From: an uncultured Chloroflexia bacterium
Lineage (GTDB): Bacteria > Chloroflexota > Dehalococcoidia > GIF9 > UBA5629
DNA length: 64,000 nucleotides
NCBI GenBank assembly: GCA_963726215.1
Contig: CAVSBU010000012.1
Location: forward strand, 6,018 to 70,017
Reading direction: 5' to 3'
A program made the translations under genes and the position numbers. The notes beneath the pieces are model-generated. The model was given only the letters and a program-made list of their open reading frames with translations, was not told where the DNA came from and ran no database searches. Below are positions 1 to 9,902 of this stretch, one piece after another (position 1 is the stretch's first letter; each line of letters begins with the position of its first letter).

Positions 1-251
1 CCCTGGATTAAAGCCGTCTCAACTTCATAATCTTTATCCGAAGCAATCTCCTCAGCACGAGCTAATATCTTTTCTGCTTTCGCTATTTCAGATTCAATTA
101 CCGCATCCAAAGGCAGACTGCGCTTGACTTCAACGACATAAACAACATAAATCTTTGCCTTCGGCTTCTTTGCCAGGTCACAGGCTAACTTCACCGCCTC
201 CGCATCAGCATCCTTGCCGCTTACCGCGACCAATATTCTTTCGAGTCTCAT
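1..251 (-). CDS. universal stress protein (UspA-like), N-terminal part, truncated by the window edge
   Basis: The minus-strand ORF starts at ATG (complement of 249-251) and reads MRLERILVAVSGKDADAEAVKLACDLAKKPKAKIYVVYVVEVKRSLPLDAV..., a typical Usp-fold N-terminus. It runs off the window start. Confidence 0.6.
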   Translation of the reverse strand, partial: MRLERILVAVSGKDADAEAVKLACDLAKKPKAKIYVVYVVEVKRSLPLDAVIESEIAKAEKILARAEEIASDKDYEVETALIQ

Positions 252-295
252 AAGAATGTGTTATCTATTATAGTTTTGCTGGTTCAGTTATGCAA

Positions 296-1840
296 TCATC
301 TTTGACTTTCATTAAAGCCAGTTGGCGTGCCAGTTATCTTGTTCGAATTTGCCTTTTTGCGCCAGCGAAACAGGAAATAGATACCAAGGCCCACAACCAT
401 CCAACCTAAGCCAACCCAACGACTGTAGGTTTGGGTTATTACTAGAACTAACCAGACGAAGGCGGTAACTAACATCCCCAGAATAGAAGTGATTGGTATC
501 TCCCGCCCTCCTATTTTGAAATTCGCCCCAATCTTAAAAGGACGATGCAATGCAGGATATTTATCACGCAATTTCAAAATGGAAGCGTGAGCCAGAAAAT
601 AGGTCATCGCAGCACCGAAAGCGTACAAGCCTCCTAAACTGATAAAAAGCCGCGATGCAAAAAAACCGGGAATGAGGAGAACTATTGAAATAGCCGAAAA
701 GAATATTATAGCTACCCACGGCGTCCGGAAGCGGGGATGAATTGTGGCTAAAACTCCAGGCACGAAGCCTTGCCTCCCCAAAAAATATGTGACCCGAGAG
801 ATCCCAATCAATCCCGCGTTTGTAGCTATTAGCAGAATTGAAGCTGCTAGCAACCCCACCAGTGCAGGGAGCAACTCACGCACTGCAGTCAGAACCCACG
901 TAACAATAATCTGAGCTTCAACCGCTGGGAACCACTTGGCCGCCATCTCATGAGGGACAATAGCTATAGAAAGATTATGAACAATACCGGCTACCGGATC
1001 ATGTGCCCATTCTGTGGCCAACTCCGTGGGCGACATGGTGGAAAGACCCACCGTGGCAATGCCAGCAAAAATAACTAATACGGTAACTGCGGTAAGGATA
1101 TGGGCAAAAGGCACCCTTCTGGTCGGTTGCCGTGTTTCCTCAGCCATCTGGGCTATTGTCTCCACACCGGTATAGGCCACCGCAGCTAGAGCTATACCAA
1201 CAAACAAATTTTCCCAGCTTGGCCAATATAGGACGATATGCGCATGAAGTGTAGTAATATTGAAGACGAGCAAAGCACCTAGAACCACAATGAGAATCTG
1301 CACTGCCAGGTCTAGAATCGCCGCAGATACATTAACGATAGAAGACTCCCTGATACCGATGACATTGATGATCATTAGTAAAAATACGAATGCCATAGAC
1401 AGTACGGTTCCCGCTGCAGGTGATTCTTTTAATATCGGCCAGAAGTGCCCCAGATATGGTGGGATAGTATAAGCTGATATAGCGATGGTAGCGATGTAGG
1501 TCAAAATAAGAGCCCAGCCGGAGATAAAACTAACTGTGTCGTTAAACGCGTGATGCGCAAAGCTAGCAGAACCGCCGGCTTCAGGGAACATAGCAGCGCC
1601 TTCCGCATAGGTAAGCGCCACAAAGACAAAAGCGATTCCAGCTACGGCCAGGGCTACAGGAGTGGCACCCAGAGCTACAGCACCCACAATACCAAGAGCA
1701 TAGTAAATGGAAGAACCGACATCACCATAGCCAGCAGCATATAGTGCTGGTACGCCGAGTGAACGCCTGAGATGAAATATCCTTAGCCCGGGACGACGGA
1801 CAAATCTATCACCTAGTTTGGGATGCCAATTATTACGCAC
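296..1840 (-). CDS. APC-family amino acid permease
   Basis: Intact 514-aa ORF, strongly hydrophobic with many TM segments. The N-terminal region GVPALYAAGYGDVGSSIYYALG is typical of APC transporters. Confidence 0.8.
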   Translation of the reverse strand: MRNNWHPKLGDRFVRRPGLRIFHLRRSLGVPALYAAGYGDVGSSIYYALGIVGAVALGATPVALAVAGIAFVFVALTYAEGAAMFPEAGGSASFAHHAFNDTVSFISGWALILTYIATIAISAYTIPPYLGHFWPILKESPAAGTVLSMAFVFLLMIINVIGIRESSIVNVSAAILDLAVQILIVVLGALLVFNITTLHAHIVLYWPSWENLFVGIALAAVAYTGVETIAQMAEETRQPTRRVPFAHILTAVTVLVIFAGIATVGLSTMSPTELATEWAHDPVAGIVHNLSIAIVPHEMAAKWFPAVEAQIIVTWVLTAVRELLPALVGLLAASILLIATNAGLIGISRVTYFLGRQGFVPGVLATIHPRFRTPWVAIIFFSAISIVLLIPGFFASRLFISLGGLYAFGAAMTYFLAHASILKLRDKYPALHRPFKIGANFKIGGREIPITSILGMLVTAFVWLVLVITQTYSRWVGLGWMVVGLGIYFLFRWRKKANSNKITGTPTGFNESQR

Positions 1841-1941
1841 AGTTGCTTGCTTTACACGCCCACTGGCGAGGAATTGTAGTCTTGCTCTAACCCTTTGTCA
1901 ATAGGTATCCGGTTATCATACCCATTTTCGATTGAACTTAA

Positions 1942-1971
1942 TTGAATCAAAAATACCTACTAAGCTATAAT
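1942..1971 (+). promoter_or_regulatory. candidate sigma70-type promoter for the tRNA pair
   Basis: TTGAAT (1942-1947), 18-nt spacer, TATAAT (1966-1971). It ends 18 nt upstream of tRNA-His. Confidence 0.35.
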
Positions 1972-1989
1972 AACCAGCTGTGGCTCCGT

Positions 1990-2067
1990 GGTGAGCGTAG
2001 CCGAGAGGTTTAAGGCGCCAGGTTGTGGCCCTGGAGAACGAGGGTTCGAATCCCTCCGCTCACCCCA
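1990..2067 (+). tRNA. tRNA-His (GTG)
   Basis: Hand-folded cloverleaf. G-1 is present, the acceptor is GTGAGCG/CGCTCAC, the anticodon stem is CCAGG/CCTGG with loop TTGTGGC, and the T-arm is GAGGG-TTCGAAT-CCCTC. C73 and the 3' CCA are genome-encoded. Confidence 0.9.
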
Positions 2068-2100
2068 AAGGCAGCGAGATTTCAAAAAATCTAAGAACTT

Positions 2101-2174
2101 GCGCCTATAGCTCAGCGGACAAGAGCACCGGTCTTCGGAACCGGGGGTCGTGGGTTCGAATCCCTCTAGGCGCG
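2101..2174 (+). tRNA. tRNA-Arg (TCG)
   Basis: Acceptor GCGCCTA/TAGGCGC, D-stem GCTC/GAGC, anticodon stem CCGGT/ACCGG with loop CTTCGGA, T-arm GTGGG-TTCGAAT-CCCTC with one T-T mismatch. No CCA is encoded. Confidence 0.85.
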
Positions 2175-2299
2175 TACCTAATTTCGTATTATCAATCATC
2201 CTCTCAGCCTATTTAGCTCACAAAGAGGTTTCAGCACGAGTAAGCACGATTTTTAAAGACAAACAGCCGTGTGATAAACTACAATATGGGAGAATAAAT

Positions 2300-2959
2300 A
2301 TGGCGCCAGAGCTAGGCAAAATAAACAAACCTGAAGCTGGTAGTTTCAAGTATAGTAGAAAACTTTTCCTTGTCCCATTGATTTACTCGGCTAAAGATGC
2401 GCCTGCTGAATATATCGAAAAATTTGACCTCTACTGGCAGCAGGTAGACGAGCACATAGAAAACCTGGAAACAAAATTAGGCAAAATTAACCGGGTCTAC
2501 CACGAGTCAATTACTATAGGCGATGAGAACAGTCTCAAAATTATGGAGAGGCTCAACCCCAAAAGCTGCCAAATTGCTAAGCAGAAGTCTCAAAACGGTG
2601 CCAAAATCGAGGTAATTGAGGACAGGCAACTCGCCGAAGAGTGCATGGACTGGGAAAGATGCTTATTAGTCGGGTTACTGAGCGATGCCGTAGCCAGAAA
2701 AGTCTCCGAATTTTATGTTGACGCCGCCAGGAAAAGATACGAGCATATAAGTAAAAGAATAGACAAAACGCTACAAGCCGATGAAATAGCTGTACTTTTC
2801 ATTAGAGAAGGCTCTATGATTCAATTCCCCAAAGACGTTGAAGTGTTCAGTGTAGCACCGCCAGCCCTCGATGAAATTCACCGCTGGCTTCGTAACCGAG
2901 CGCCGCTGAAAGAAACTGAAAACGAGAGCCAGTCGACGGCTGAATCCACCACAGGATGA
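2300..2959 (+). CDS. hypothetical protein (219 aa), no family recognised
   Basis: In-frame ATG at 2300 inside ORF 2150-2959, because the upstream part overlaps tRNA-Arg. It reads MAPELGKINKPEAGSFKYSRKLFLVPLIYSAKD... and I could place no motif. Confidence 0.6.
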   Translation: MAPELGKINKPEAGSFKYSRKLFLVPLIYSAKDAPAEYIEKFDLYWQQVDEHIENLETKLGKINRVYHESITIGDENSLKIMERLNPKSCQIAKQKSQNGAKIEVIEDRQLAEECMDWERCLLVGLLSDAVARKVSEFYVDAARKRYEHISKRIDKTLQADEIAVLFIREGSMIQFPKDVEVFSVAPPALDEIHRWLRNRAPLKETENESQSTAESTTG

Positions 2960-3100
2960 ATCTCAGCCACCCGCTAAAGCAACTATAGGGCAATCATCAA
3001 CTCAGCGGAAAATACACTTCAAACGTAACATGATTTTAGGCATACTTTTAGACCGTGGTATAATGTCTGGCACTTAGATAGAACGATTTAGGAGGAAATT

Positions 3101-3485
3101 ATGGACGACATTGAGAAATTGGTTAAAACAACACTCGGGTGAAATAGAGAAGGTTCTTGACTCCAAAACCGTTGTCGGTGAACCTATAGTAATCGAGGGT
3201 ACGACACTGATTCCCTTGATGAGCGTTGGCTTCGGTTTTGCCGCCGGCGGTGGCTCAGGTAAAGGAGAGACGAAAGAGACACCAGAAGGCGGTGGCAGTG
3301 GTAGCGGTGGCGGTGCCGGTGTAAGACCCATCGCCATTATAGTCATTGATAAAGACGGTGTCAGGATAGAGCCGATAAAGGGAGGTATGGCGACAGCAAT
3401 AGAGAAATTGAGCGAAACCATACCAGATATTGCGGCTAAAATCACCGAAAAATGGGGGGAACGCAAGAAGGAAGGGGAAAAATAG
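3101..3485 (+). CDS. GerW/YtfJ-family protein (frame interrupted near the start)
   Basis: AGGAGG (3090-3095) sits 5 nt before ATG 3101, which gives MDDIEKLVKTTLG then TGA at 3140. The +1 frame (ORF 3111-3485) continues EIEKVLDSKTVVGEPIVIEGTTLIPLMSVGFGFAAGGGSG...GVRPIAIIVIDKDGVRIEPI, the classic YtfJ/GerW pattern. Confidence 0.75.
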
Positions 3486-4091
3486 TTGTGGGTCATCGCT
3501 GTTCTGGTTAGCCTGGCAATACTCATTACACTTGTCCTCTGTATACCACTTGAGCTCGTCTTCCGCACCAATATAGACGAAAGACCTAAATTCAGCCTGA
3601 GACTAATATGGCTCTTCGGCTTAGTTACCGGAGAACTAAGACAGACAAGAAAAAAGTCTGAAGAAAAGAGGACAAATGAATATGAGAGGAAGCCAGGTGA
3701 TTGGATACAGAGGCTAAGAGTCACATTCGAACTCCTGCAAACCAAAGGCCTCCTAAAACAGCTCAGTTGCTTTATAAAGCGAATTATCAGGCGCATTAAG
3801 GTCAGGGAATTCGCGGCAAACCTAAAGGTAGGGCTGGATAATCCGGCTGATACTGGCCTACTCTTTGCCTTTATAGCACCGGTTAATCTGGCTATAAATT
3901 ATTTTTTACCTTACCCGGTAAAAATTGAGCCTTCGTTTACGGGCGAGTCCCTAATCACAGGCAATATTTATGGAGCGGTAAGGCTGTGGCCTATTCAACT
4001 GGCTGCAACTCTGATTGCATTCGCTTTCTCATTGCCTACATTGCGAGCTGCTAAGAAATTGGTTTTGTACAAATGGAGAAGAAAAAGATAA
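3486..4091 (+). CDS. DUF2953 (YtfI-like) membrane-anchored protein
   Basis: 201-aa ORF abutting the gerW stop. It has an N-terminal TM helix (WVIAVLVSLAILITLVLCIPL) and then a basic region. The architecture and the adjacency to a YtfJ homolog match the B. subtilis ytfI-ytfJ pair. Confidence 0.6.
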   Translation: MWVIAVLVSLAILITLVLCIPLELVFRTNIDERPKFSLRLIWLFGLVTGELRQTRKKSEEKRTNEYERKPGDWIQRLRVTFELLQTKGLLKQLSCFIKRIIRRIKVREFAANLKVGLDNPADTGLLFAFIAPVNLAINYFLPYPVKIEPSFTGESLITGNIYGAVRLWPIQLAATLIAFAFSLPTLRAAKKLVLYKWRRKR

Positions 4092-4327
4092 CAATCAGCA
4101 GCCCTGTGGCGATAGCCGGAATAACTTTAATCCTGGTGATAAAATTATCGCTTAACTGCCAGCCAAGCGGCAGCAGTATTTTTTTCTCTGGTCTCAAACA
4201 GCCTGTCAACATAGTGGTGGCTTCGCCATCAACGAAGAAAGCCTTCGACATTAAGGGTGACGAAATCCCAATAGGCCCGCTGCTACAAGAAGTCCCCGAC
4301 CTGGCCGGGATGCTGGAAAAAGCGTAG
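4073..4327 (+). CDS. small hypothetical protein (84 aa), possibly a short GerW-like paralog
   Basis: ORF overlapping the DUF2953 3' end by 19 nt. The segments GITLILVIKLSL and KQPVNIVVASPSTKKAFDIKGDEIP loosely mirror the two beta-rich segments of GerW. This is a weak call. Confidence 0.4.
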   Translation: MEKKKITISSPVAIAGITLILVIKLSLNCQPSGSSIFFSGLKQPVNIVVASPSTKKAFDIKGDEIPIGPLLQEVPDLAGMLEKA

Positions 4328-4383
4328 TTGGCTCAGATACGTGTCAGAAGTGCTGCTGACTGGAATCAACCGCGACGCGGTCT

Positions 4384-5293
4384 CTATATAATAACTTTCA
4401 GTGCTGCCGGCAATACAGTGAAGCGGGCTGGCGCTTCCCCGAGAAGTTCACCATCGGCTTGTACGGCCGATGTCAGTGTCGGTATTATCTCTACCTCCCG
4501 CGCCCTCATCAAGGTCACCTTCGGGTGAGTGAGGTGAGTGCCCCTGTAGATTCTCGGCAGCGACATGATAAGGTCTGGCTTGGTTATGTCATCTATTATC
4601 ACCAGGTCGAAGAAGCCATCTCCAGGGTCTGCATTCGGCGCCGGCATCATACCTCCGCCTCCATACCTGCCGTTGTTCAGCAGGATAGTGCAAATCCGTC
4701 TTTCCCCATGTTCGCCATCCACTATGATGGACACATCCCTGTTTTCATAGGACATAAGAGTAGAAAATAATCCCATCAGATAGGAAGGCATATCCCCCAG
4801 AGCCTTGAACTTCTCGGTAGTTGCCTTGACAACTTCGGCATCGAAGCCAATGCCGGCAAAGTTCACAAACAACCGCTTCTTCCGTTGTCCATCCTTTGTA
4901 TATTCAACAACACCAAGGTCTACAGTACGCCTGCCTCGGGCTTAGAAGGCATTTACAAGCCTCTTTATAGCGACGAGGTACGCCGAGGGTACGGATATAA
5001 TCAGCACCCGTTCCTGTGTTTACGATGCCCACTGCCACATCAGTCGTAGCACCAGCCTCATGCAGGCCGTTCACAATTTCATGTATTGTCCCATCGCCAC
5101 CTACAGATACCACAATTTCATACCCCTTCTTCACCGCCGCTTTAGCCAGCTCTATAGCATGACCCGGAGCTTCCGTAACATCATGTTTAAAGTCCAGCCC
5201 CAGGCTTTTAAGCAATGCCATAATCTGCGGCCATTTCTTGGCAGTCTTTCCCGCACCGGCAGCTGGATTAACTATGATTCGCATACGTGGCAC
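4384..5293 (-). CDS. diacylglycerol/lipid kinase family protein, YegS/BmrU-like (frame interrupted)
   Basis: Fragments 4904-5293 (RIIVNPAAGAGK...VSVGGDGTIHEIVNG) and 4384-4872 (FVNFAGIGFDAEV...). The alternate frame near 4920-4935 restores RTVDLGVVEYTKDGQRKKRLFVNFAGIG. Confidence 0.8.
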
Positions 5294-5468
5294 GTTTGCT
5301 CTCCTCGTAGTATATTACGTTTATGTATCAAACGCTTTACCCCAAAAGTATAACATACCAGTCAATGCCTCGTATAACGAGGACAATGCTGCATCAATTT
5401 CTTTACCGATGCCAATTATGCTAGACTGAGAAGAAAGAAAGCGGTTTTAACTGTCTGCAAAACAGAAA

Positions 5469-6360
5469 ATGGAAAACAGCCAATCAGCTTTTCAGTAAAT
5501 TGCCGGACCTTCGCCAGCCGGATATGATAATTGCGCTTGCCGGCTGGTCCGATGCCGCCCAGGTTGCTACCGGGACCGTTCTTTATTTGGTCAGAACTCT
5601 GGATGCCATCAGCTTCGCTCAGATAGAAGGTGACCAATTCTACGATTTCTCCACCACACGCCCTGAGGTAACTATTGACCGTGGTTTAATAACTTCTTTA
5701 CAGCTGCCGCACAACAGCCTTTTTTACTGGAAGAATAAAAAAGCAGACCATGATTTAGTTTTCTTTCACGGCATAGAACCTCATTTCCATTGGCAGAAAT
5801 TCGTTGACACAATACTGGACTTAGCCAGTAATCTTAAAGTCAGGAGAATATACGCCCTGGGCGGGCTGTACGACAATATACCGCATACGATGGAACCAAG
5901 GATATCAGGGGTAGTAAACAGAGCTGACTTATTGGCAGTGCTGCAAAAGCACAATATTGAGCCAATAAATTACCGTGGACCTAGCAGCCTGCACAGCTTT
6001 TTGCTGAGTAGCTGCGCTCAAAGAAACATAGAAGGTATCAGCCTATGGGGGCATGCGCCATTCTACGTTCGGGTTGAGACCAACCCGATGGTCTGCCTCG
6101 GACTCGTTAGAAAATTGACCGAACTGATGGAAATCGAAATCGACCTGACCGAGCTCATAAAAGCCGGCGAATACCTGCAGGATATGCTGAACCGCCTGCT
6201 GGCTGACAGCGAGGAACTGCAGCTCTACATCAAGAAGCTGGAAGAGCAATACGAAATTGAAGGCATCGGACCTAGAGAGCCGTCACCGGGTGCCGACAGG
6301 ATTATCAGGGAAGTAGAGGACTTTCTCCGCAACCAGCGTCGCAAGGGAGAAACAGAATAA
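5469..6360 (+). CDS. PAC2-family protein (copy 1)
   Basis: ORF 5500-6360 with LRQPDMIIALAGWSDAAQVATGTV... and a C-terminal coiled region, typical of the PAC2 family. The likely true start is ATG 5469 (MENSQSAF) joined through a T4 run at 5489-5492. The start is uncertain. Confidence 0.7.
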
Positions 6361-6401
6361 TTAACTCACTGGCCGGGCTATATCAACTATGCTCTTTATC
6401 G

Positions 6402-6643
6402 CTATTGCGTAATATCAATAACCTTGTTCCGGCTGCCGAAGCCGCTGGATATGGCTACCTGCCTCTGTGGAACTCCAAAGTAGTCCGCCAACAATTTGAT
6501 AACTGCTCTGTTGGCTTTACCTTCTTTAGCAGGTTCCTTGACCCGCACCAAAAACCATCGCCTTCCTTGATGACACCTTCTATTTTCGAATTTGGAACCA
6601 CCTTGACCCTAATCTTCACCTCTAACCTCTCCCCATAATCCAT
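6402..6643 (-). CDS. DUF167 (YggU-like) protein (frame interrupted)
   Basis: MDYGERLEVKIRVKVVPNSKIEGVIKEGDGF, then a shift at a T5 run, restores LVRVKEPAKEGKANRAVIKLLADYFGVPQRQVAISSGFGSRNKVIDITQ, the DUF167 signature. Confidence 0.7.
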
Positions 6644-7872
6644 GATTGTGTAGTCGAACAAGATACTACCGAGCGAAACTGATTGGTTAACGTCTCACTG
6701 CTCTCGGTAAACACCCTGATATAGTTGTGGCTAAGCCCGGAATATATCCCGCTGCCCGGTGCAACCTCCTTTTCCCACAAGACCGTCATATCCTGGCCCA
6801 AGAATCGTTTACAGAATCTGCGAGCACTCTCTTGAGCCAGCTGCAGCATCCGCAGGCTGCGCTCTTTCTTCAGCTTTTCACTGACCTGCTCCGGCATCCG
6901 AGCCGCCAACGTCCCCGGCCGAGAGGAATAGCTGAAGACGTGAATATTGGCGAAATCGATTTCTTTACAAAAGCGATAGCTCTCCTCAAATTCTTCAATG
7001 CTCTCTCCGGGAAAGCCCACCATAATATCAGTTGTGATAGCTACATCGGGCACGGTCTTTCGAATCAAAGATACCGCCTGTCTATAATCATCAACGGAAT
7101 AATGCCGCCTCATCCGTCTAAGCACGCTGTCACTGCCGCTTTGTAATGCCAGATGGAAGTGACGACATAAGCGAGGGTCTTGCCACAGGCTGAGAAGCTC
7201 TGGCGAGATATCCTGAGGCTGCAAAGAGGAAAGATGCAGCCGCTCCACATCCAGTATTCGCCAGAATCTGTTCAACCAAATGTTTGAGATCGGCACCATT
7301 GTGCTTGTAGTCGCCGATTTTAGTTCCGGTGAATACTACTTCTTTATAGCCGGCAGAGACCCTTGCCTTAACCTCGTTAACCACATCCGCCACTCGGCAG
7401 GCAATGTTCGCTGCCCACGCACTTGAGGCACAATGCAATAAGCACATGAGTCGTTGCAGCCGTCCTGAATCTTTATGAAACTGCGAACCCGACTTACGCC
7501 ATCCTTTACAAGCTGCCCCGCCGAGCAATGAGCCGCAGTAGCAGGTTCAACTTTCAGAAAGTCCAGAAGATGCATCTTCTCCTCATTGCCTATAACGAGG
7601 CCGGCGCCAACTTGAGCCAGCTCTTGAGGAGCTCTTTCTGCGTAGCAGCCGGTGGCCACAATTAAGGCTTGTGGATTTCTTTTCCGCCACAGCCTCACTA
7701 AGTGCCGCGACTTGCGGTCAGCAATATGGGTAACCGTGCAGGTATTTAAGACGTAAATATCAGCCCCGTCACCGCTAACAATACTATAACCGGCCTCGGC
7801 AAATTGCCGGGCCAGAAGCTCGCTCTCGGCTTGATTAAGTTTACAGCCCAGAGTATGAATGGCTACTTTCAT
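6622..7872 (-). CDS. mtaB: MtaB-type radical-SAM tRNA methylthiotransferase (two frame interruptions)
   Basis: Three fragments: 7336-7902, 7130-7528 and 6622-7299. Evidence is MKVAIHTLGCKLNQAESE, the radical-SAM motif CNDSCAYCIVP, and HLALQSGSDSVLRRMRR. Confidence 0.75.
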
Positions 7873-7990
7873 TTCAGATTCCATGGCCTTACCTGGCAGC
7901 AATTATATTTGTCCTGTGCTCGTTCGGTCAACCAACATCATCGGAGAGACATCATAATTAACATCAGTCATTGCAAGTCCGTCATCTTTT

Positions 7991-8127
7991 GTCATTCTGA
8001 GGGAGCCCTTCGCCCCTGTCATCCTGGGGAGCGAAGTGACGAAGGATCTGGCTCAGGATAAACTCCGCGACCGAAGAATCTAGTTAGGAAATGGAAGGCC
8101 AAGATTCTTCGCTTCGCTCAGAATGAC
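7991..8127. repeat. composite palindromic intergenic repeat (GTCATTCTGAG...CGAAG family)
   Basis: Forward units GTCATTCTGAGGGAGCCC (7991) and GTCATCCTGGGGAGCGAAGTGACGAAGGATC (8018). The reverse unit is GATTCTTCGCTTCGCTCAGAATGAC (8103-8127). An inner inverted repeat pairs GAAGAATC (8073-8080) with GATTCTTC (8103-8110). Confidence 0.7.
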
Positions 8128-8221
8128 ATTGGGGAGCTTACCAAATGCTTATTACTTTCCGGCTTGCAGCAAACATCCACTTATGGTATAAATCAGGCAA
8201 TCGGATGTCCGAGGCACAGGT

Positions 8222-9902
8222 TTGAGCCGCACCCATTGGCGCTTACTAACCCCAACTCAACCACCGCTTGATATACCTGGGGTTAATCCACTAGTGGCTC
8301 AATTGCTTTGCAATCGAGGCATCTCAGAGCCTTCCCAAATCGAGACCTTCCTGAACGCCGACAGCCGACTGGAATCTGACCCCTTCCTCCTGCCTGATAT
8401 ACATCAAGCGGTAAGCAGGACTTATCAGGCTCTGCTTACCGGCGAGGAAATAGCTATCTACGGCGACTTCGATGCTGATGGCATCACAGCCACGGCATTG
8501 CTGGTCCAGGGGCTTTCCGCACTCGGCGGCAAAGTCATTCCCTACATTCCTCACCGTTACCATGAAGGTTACGGCTTGCAAGTAGCCGCTCTGGAAAAGC
8601 TACGCAAACATGGTATCAGCCTCATCATTACCGTCGATACCGGCATAACCGCCATTGCTGAAATTCAGAAAGCCCGGAAGATGGGAATAGACATAATCGT
8701 AACTGACCATCACCTACCATTAGCCTCGCTGCCGCCAGCCCTGGCAGTAGTTGACCCCAAACGGAGTGATTCCAACTGTCAATCCACCGAACTCGCCGGC
8801 GTAGGTGTTGCTTTCAAATTTCTTCAGGCGCTGCTTAAGGGCAGCGGCCGGGAAGAACTAATAAACAGTTTGCTAGACCTGGTAGCTCTGGGTACCGTAA
8901 CCGATATGGTTCCGCTGACGGGCGATAATCGCTATTGGGTTAAACGTGGGCTCGAACTTCTTAACAACACTGAGCGCCTTGGACTTCAAGAGATGATGCG
9001 CAGCGCCAGCCTGAAACCGGGAAACCTCGATACTGAAAGCATATCATGGATATTAGGGCCTCGCCTCAACGCTGCCGGCAGACTCGACGATGCTGCCACG
9101 AGCTATAAATTGCTCCTGACACAAGACCCGAATGAAGCTGCCTCACTAGTCTCGGAGCTTAGAGGAAAAGAATGCCAAACGTCAACGGCTAACTAGCGAA
9201 CTGCTGGAACGAGCCAGAGAAAAAATAATTGCTGCCGGGACCGACTCGCCCCTGCTGATGATAGGTGACGAAGACTACCCGCCAGGCGTTATGGGGCTTG
9301 TTGCCGGCAGGCTATCAGAAGAGTTCTACCGCCCGGTAATACTTTTCAGATTTGGTTCCGAGACGTGCCGCGGCAGCGGACGGAGCATACCCGAGTTTGA
9401 CCTCATGGCCGCTCTGGCAGGTTGCCGCGACCTTTTGTCTAACTTCGGTGGCCATACCAAGGCAGCCGGCTTCACCGTGCCCACCACTAATCTCCCACAA
9501 CTCGAGAAGCAACTTTTCACTCTGGCCGAAGCTCAGTTGGCTGGTCTGGACCTTCGTCCCCACATCGACATCGATGCTGAAGTGTCTCTCTCGGACTTGA
9601 CCGGGGAGACTTTCAAGCAGATACAGCGGCTGGCTCCTTTCGGCTCCGGCAATCCATTGCCCGCCTTTGTCAGCCGTCACGTCGAAATCGTTGACCAGCG
9701 TCATATTGGCAGCCGGAATGAACATATGGGCCTGAAATTGAAGCAGGAAGGCATAGTCTGGGACGCAATCGGCTTCCGGTTTGGCAGCCGCGCTCAAGAA
9801 ATAACCGCTTTTATGGATATCGCCTACAATTTGGATATAGACCGCTGGAATGGTGCGGAAAGGCTCCGACTTAAGCTCCTCGATTTCGCCGCGACCTGCT
9901 GA
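8222..9902 (+). CDS. recJ: single-stranded-DNA-specific exonuclease RecJ (frame interrupted)
   Basis: Fragments 8222-9196 and 9258-9902. DHH motifs are present: IYGDFDADGITATA and IIVTDHHLP. Confidence 0.9.

Noticed and set aside
3074-3796. 240-aa minus-strand ORF opposite the gerW and DUF2953 genes
   Set aside because: It is low-complexity (P/S/L-rich) and mirrors the Gly-rich GerW loop. It has no RBS or recognisable domain, and the plus-strand genes have clear family signatures.
1990-4327. tRNA-adjacent block considered as an integrated mobile element
   Set aside because: There is no integrase or recombinase, no duplicated tRNA 3' segment (the GGTTCGAATCCC string occurs only in the two tRNAs), and no clear compositional break.
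7991-8127. Repeat cluster considered as a CRISPR array
   Set aside because: The units are in mixed orientation with irregular spacing and no uniform repeat-spacer periodicity. No cas genes are in the window.
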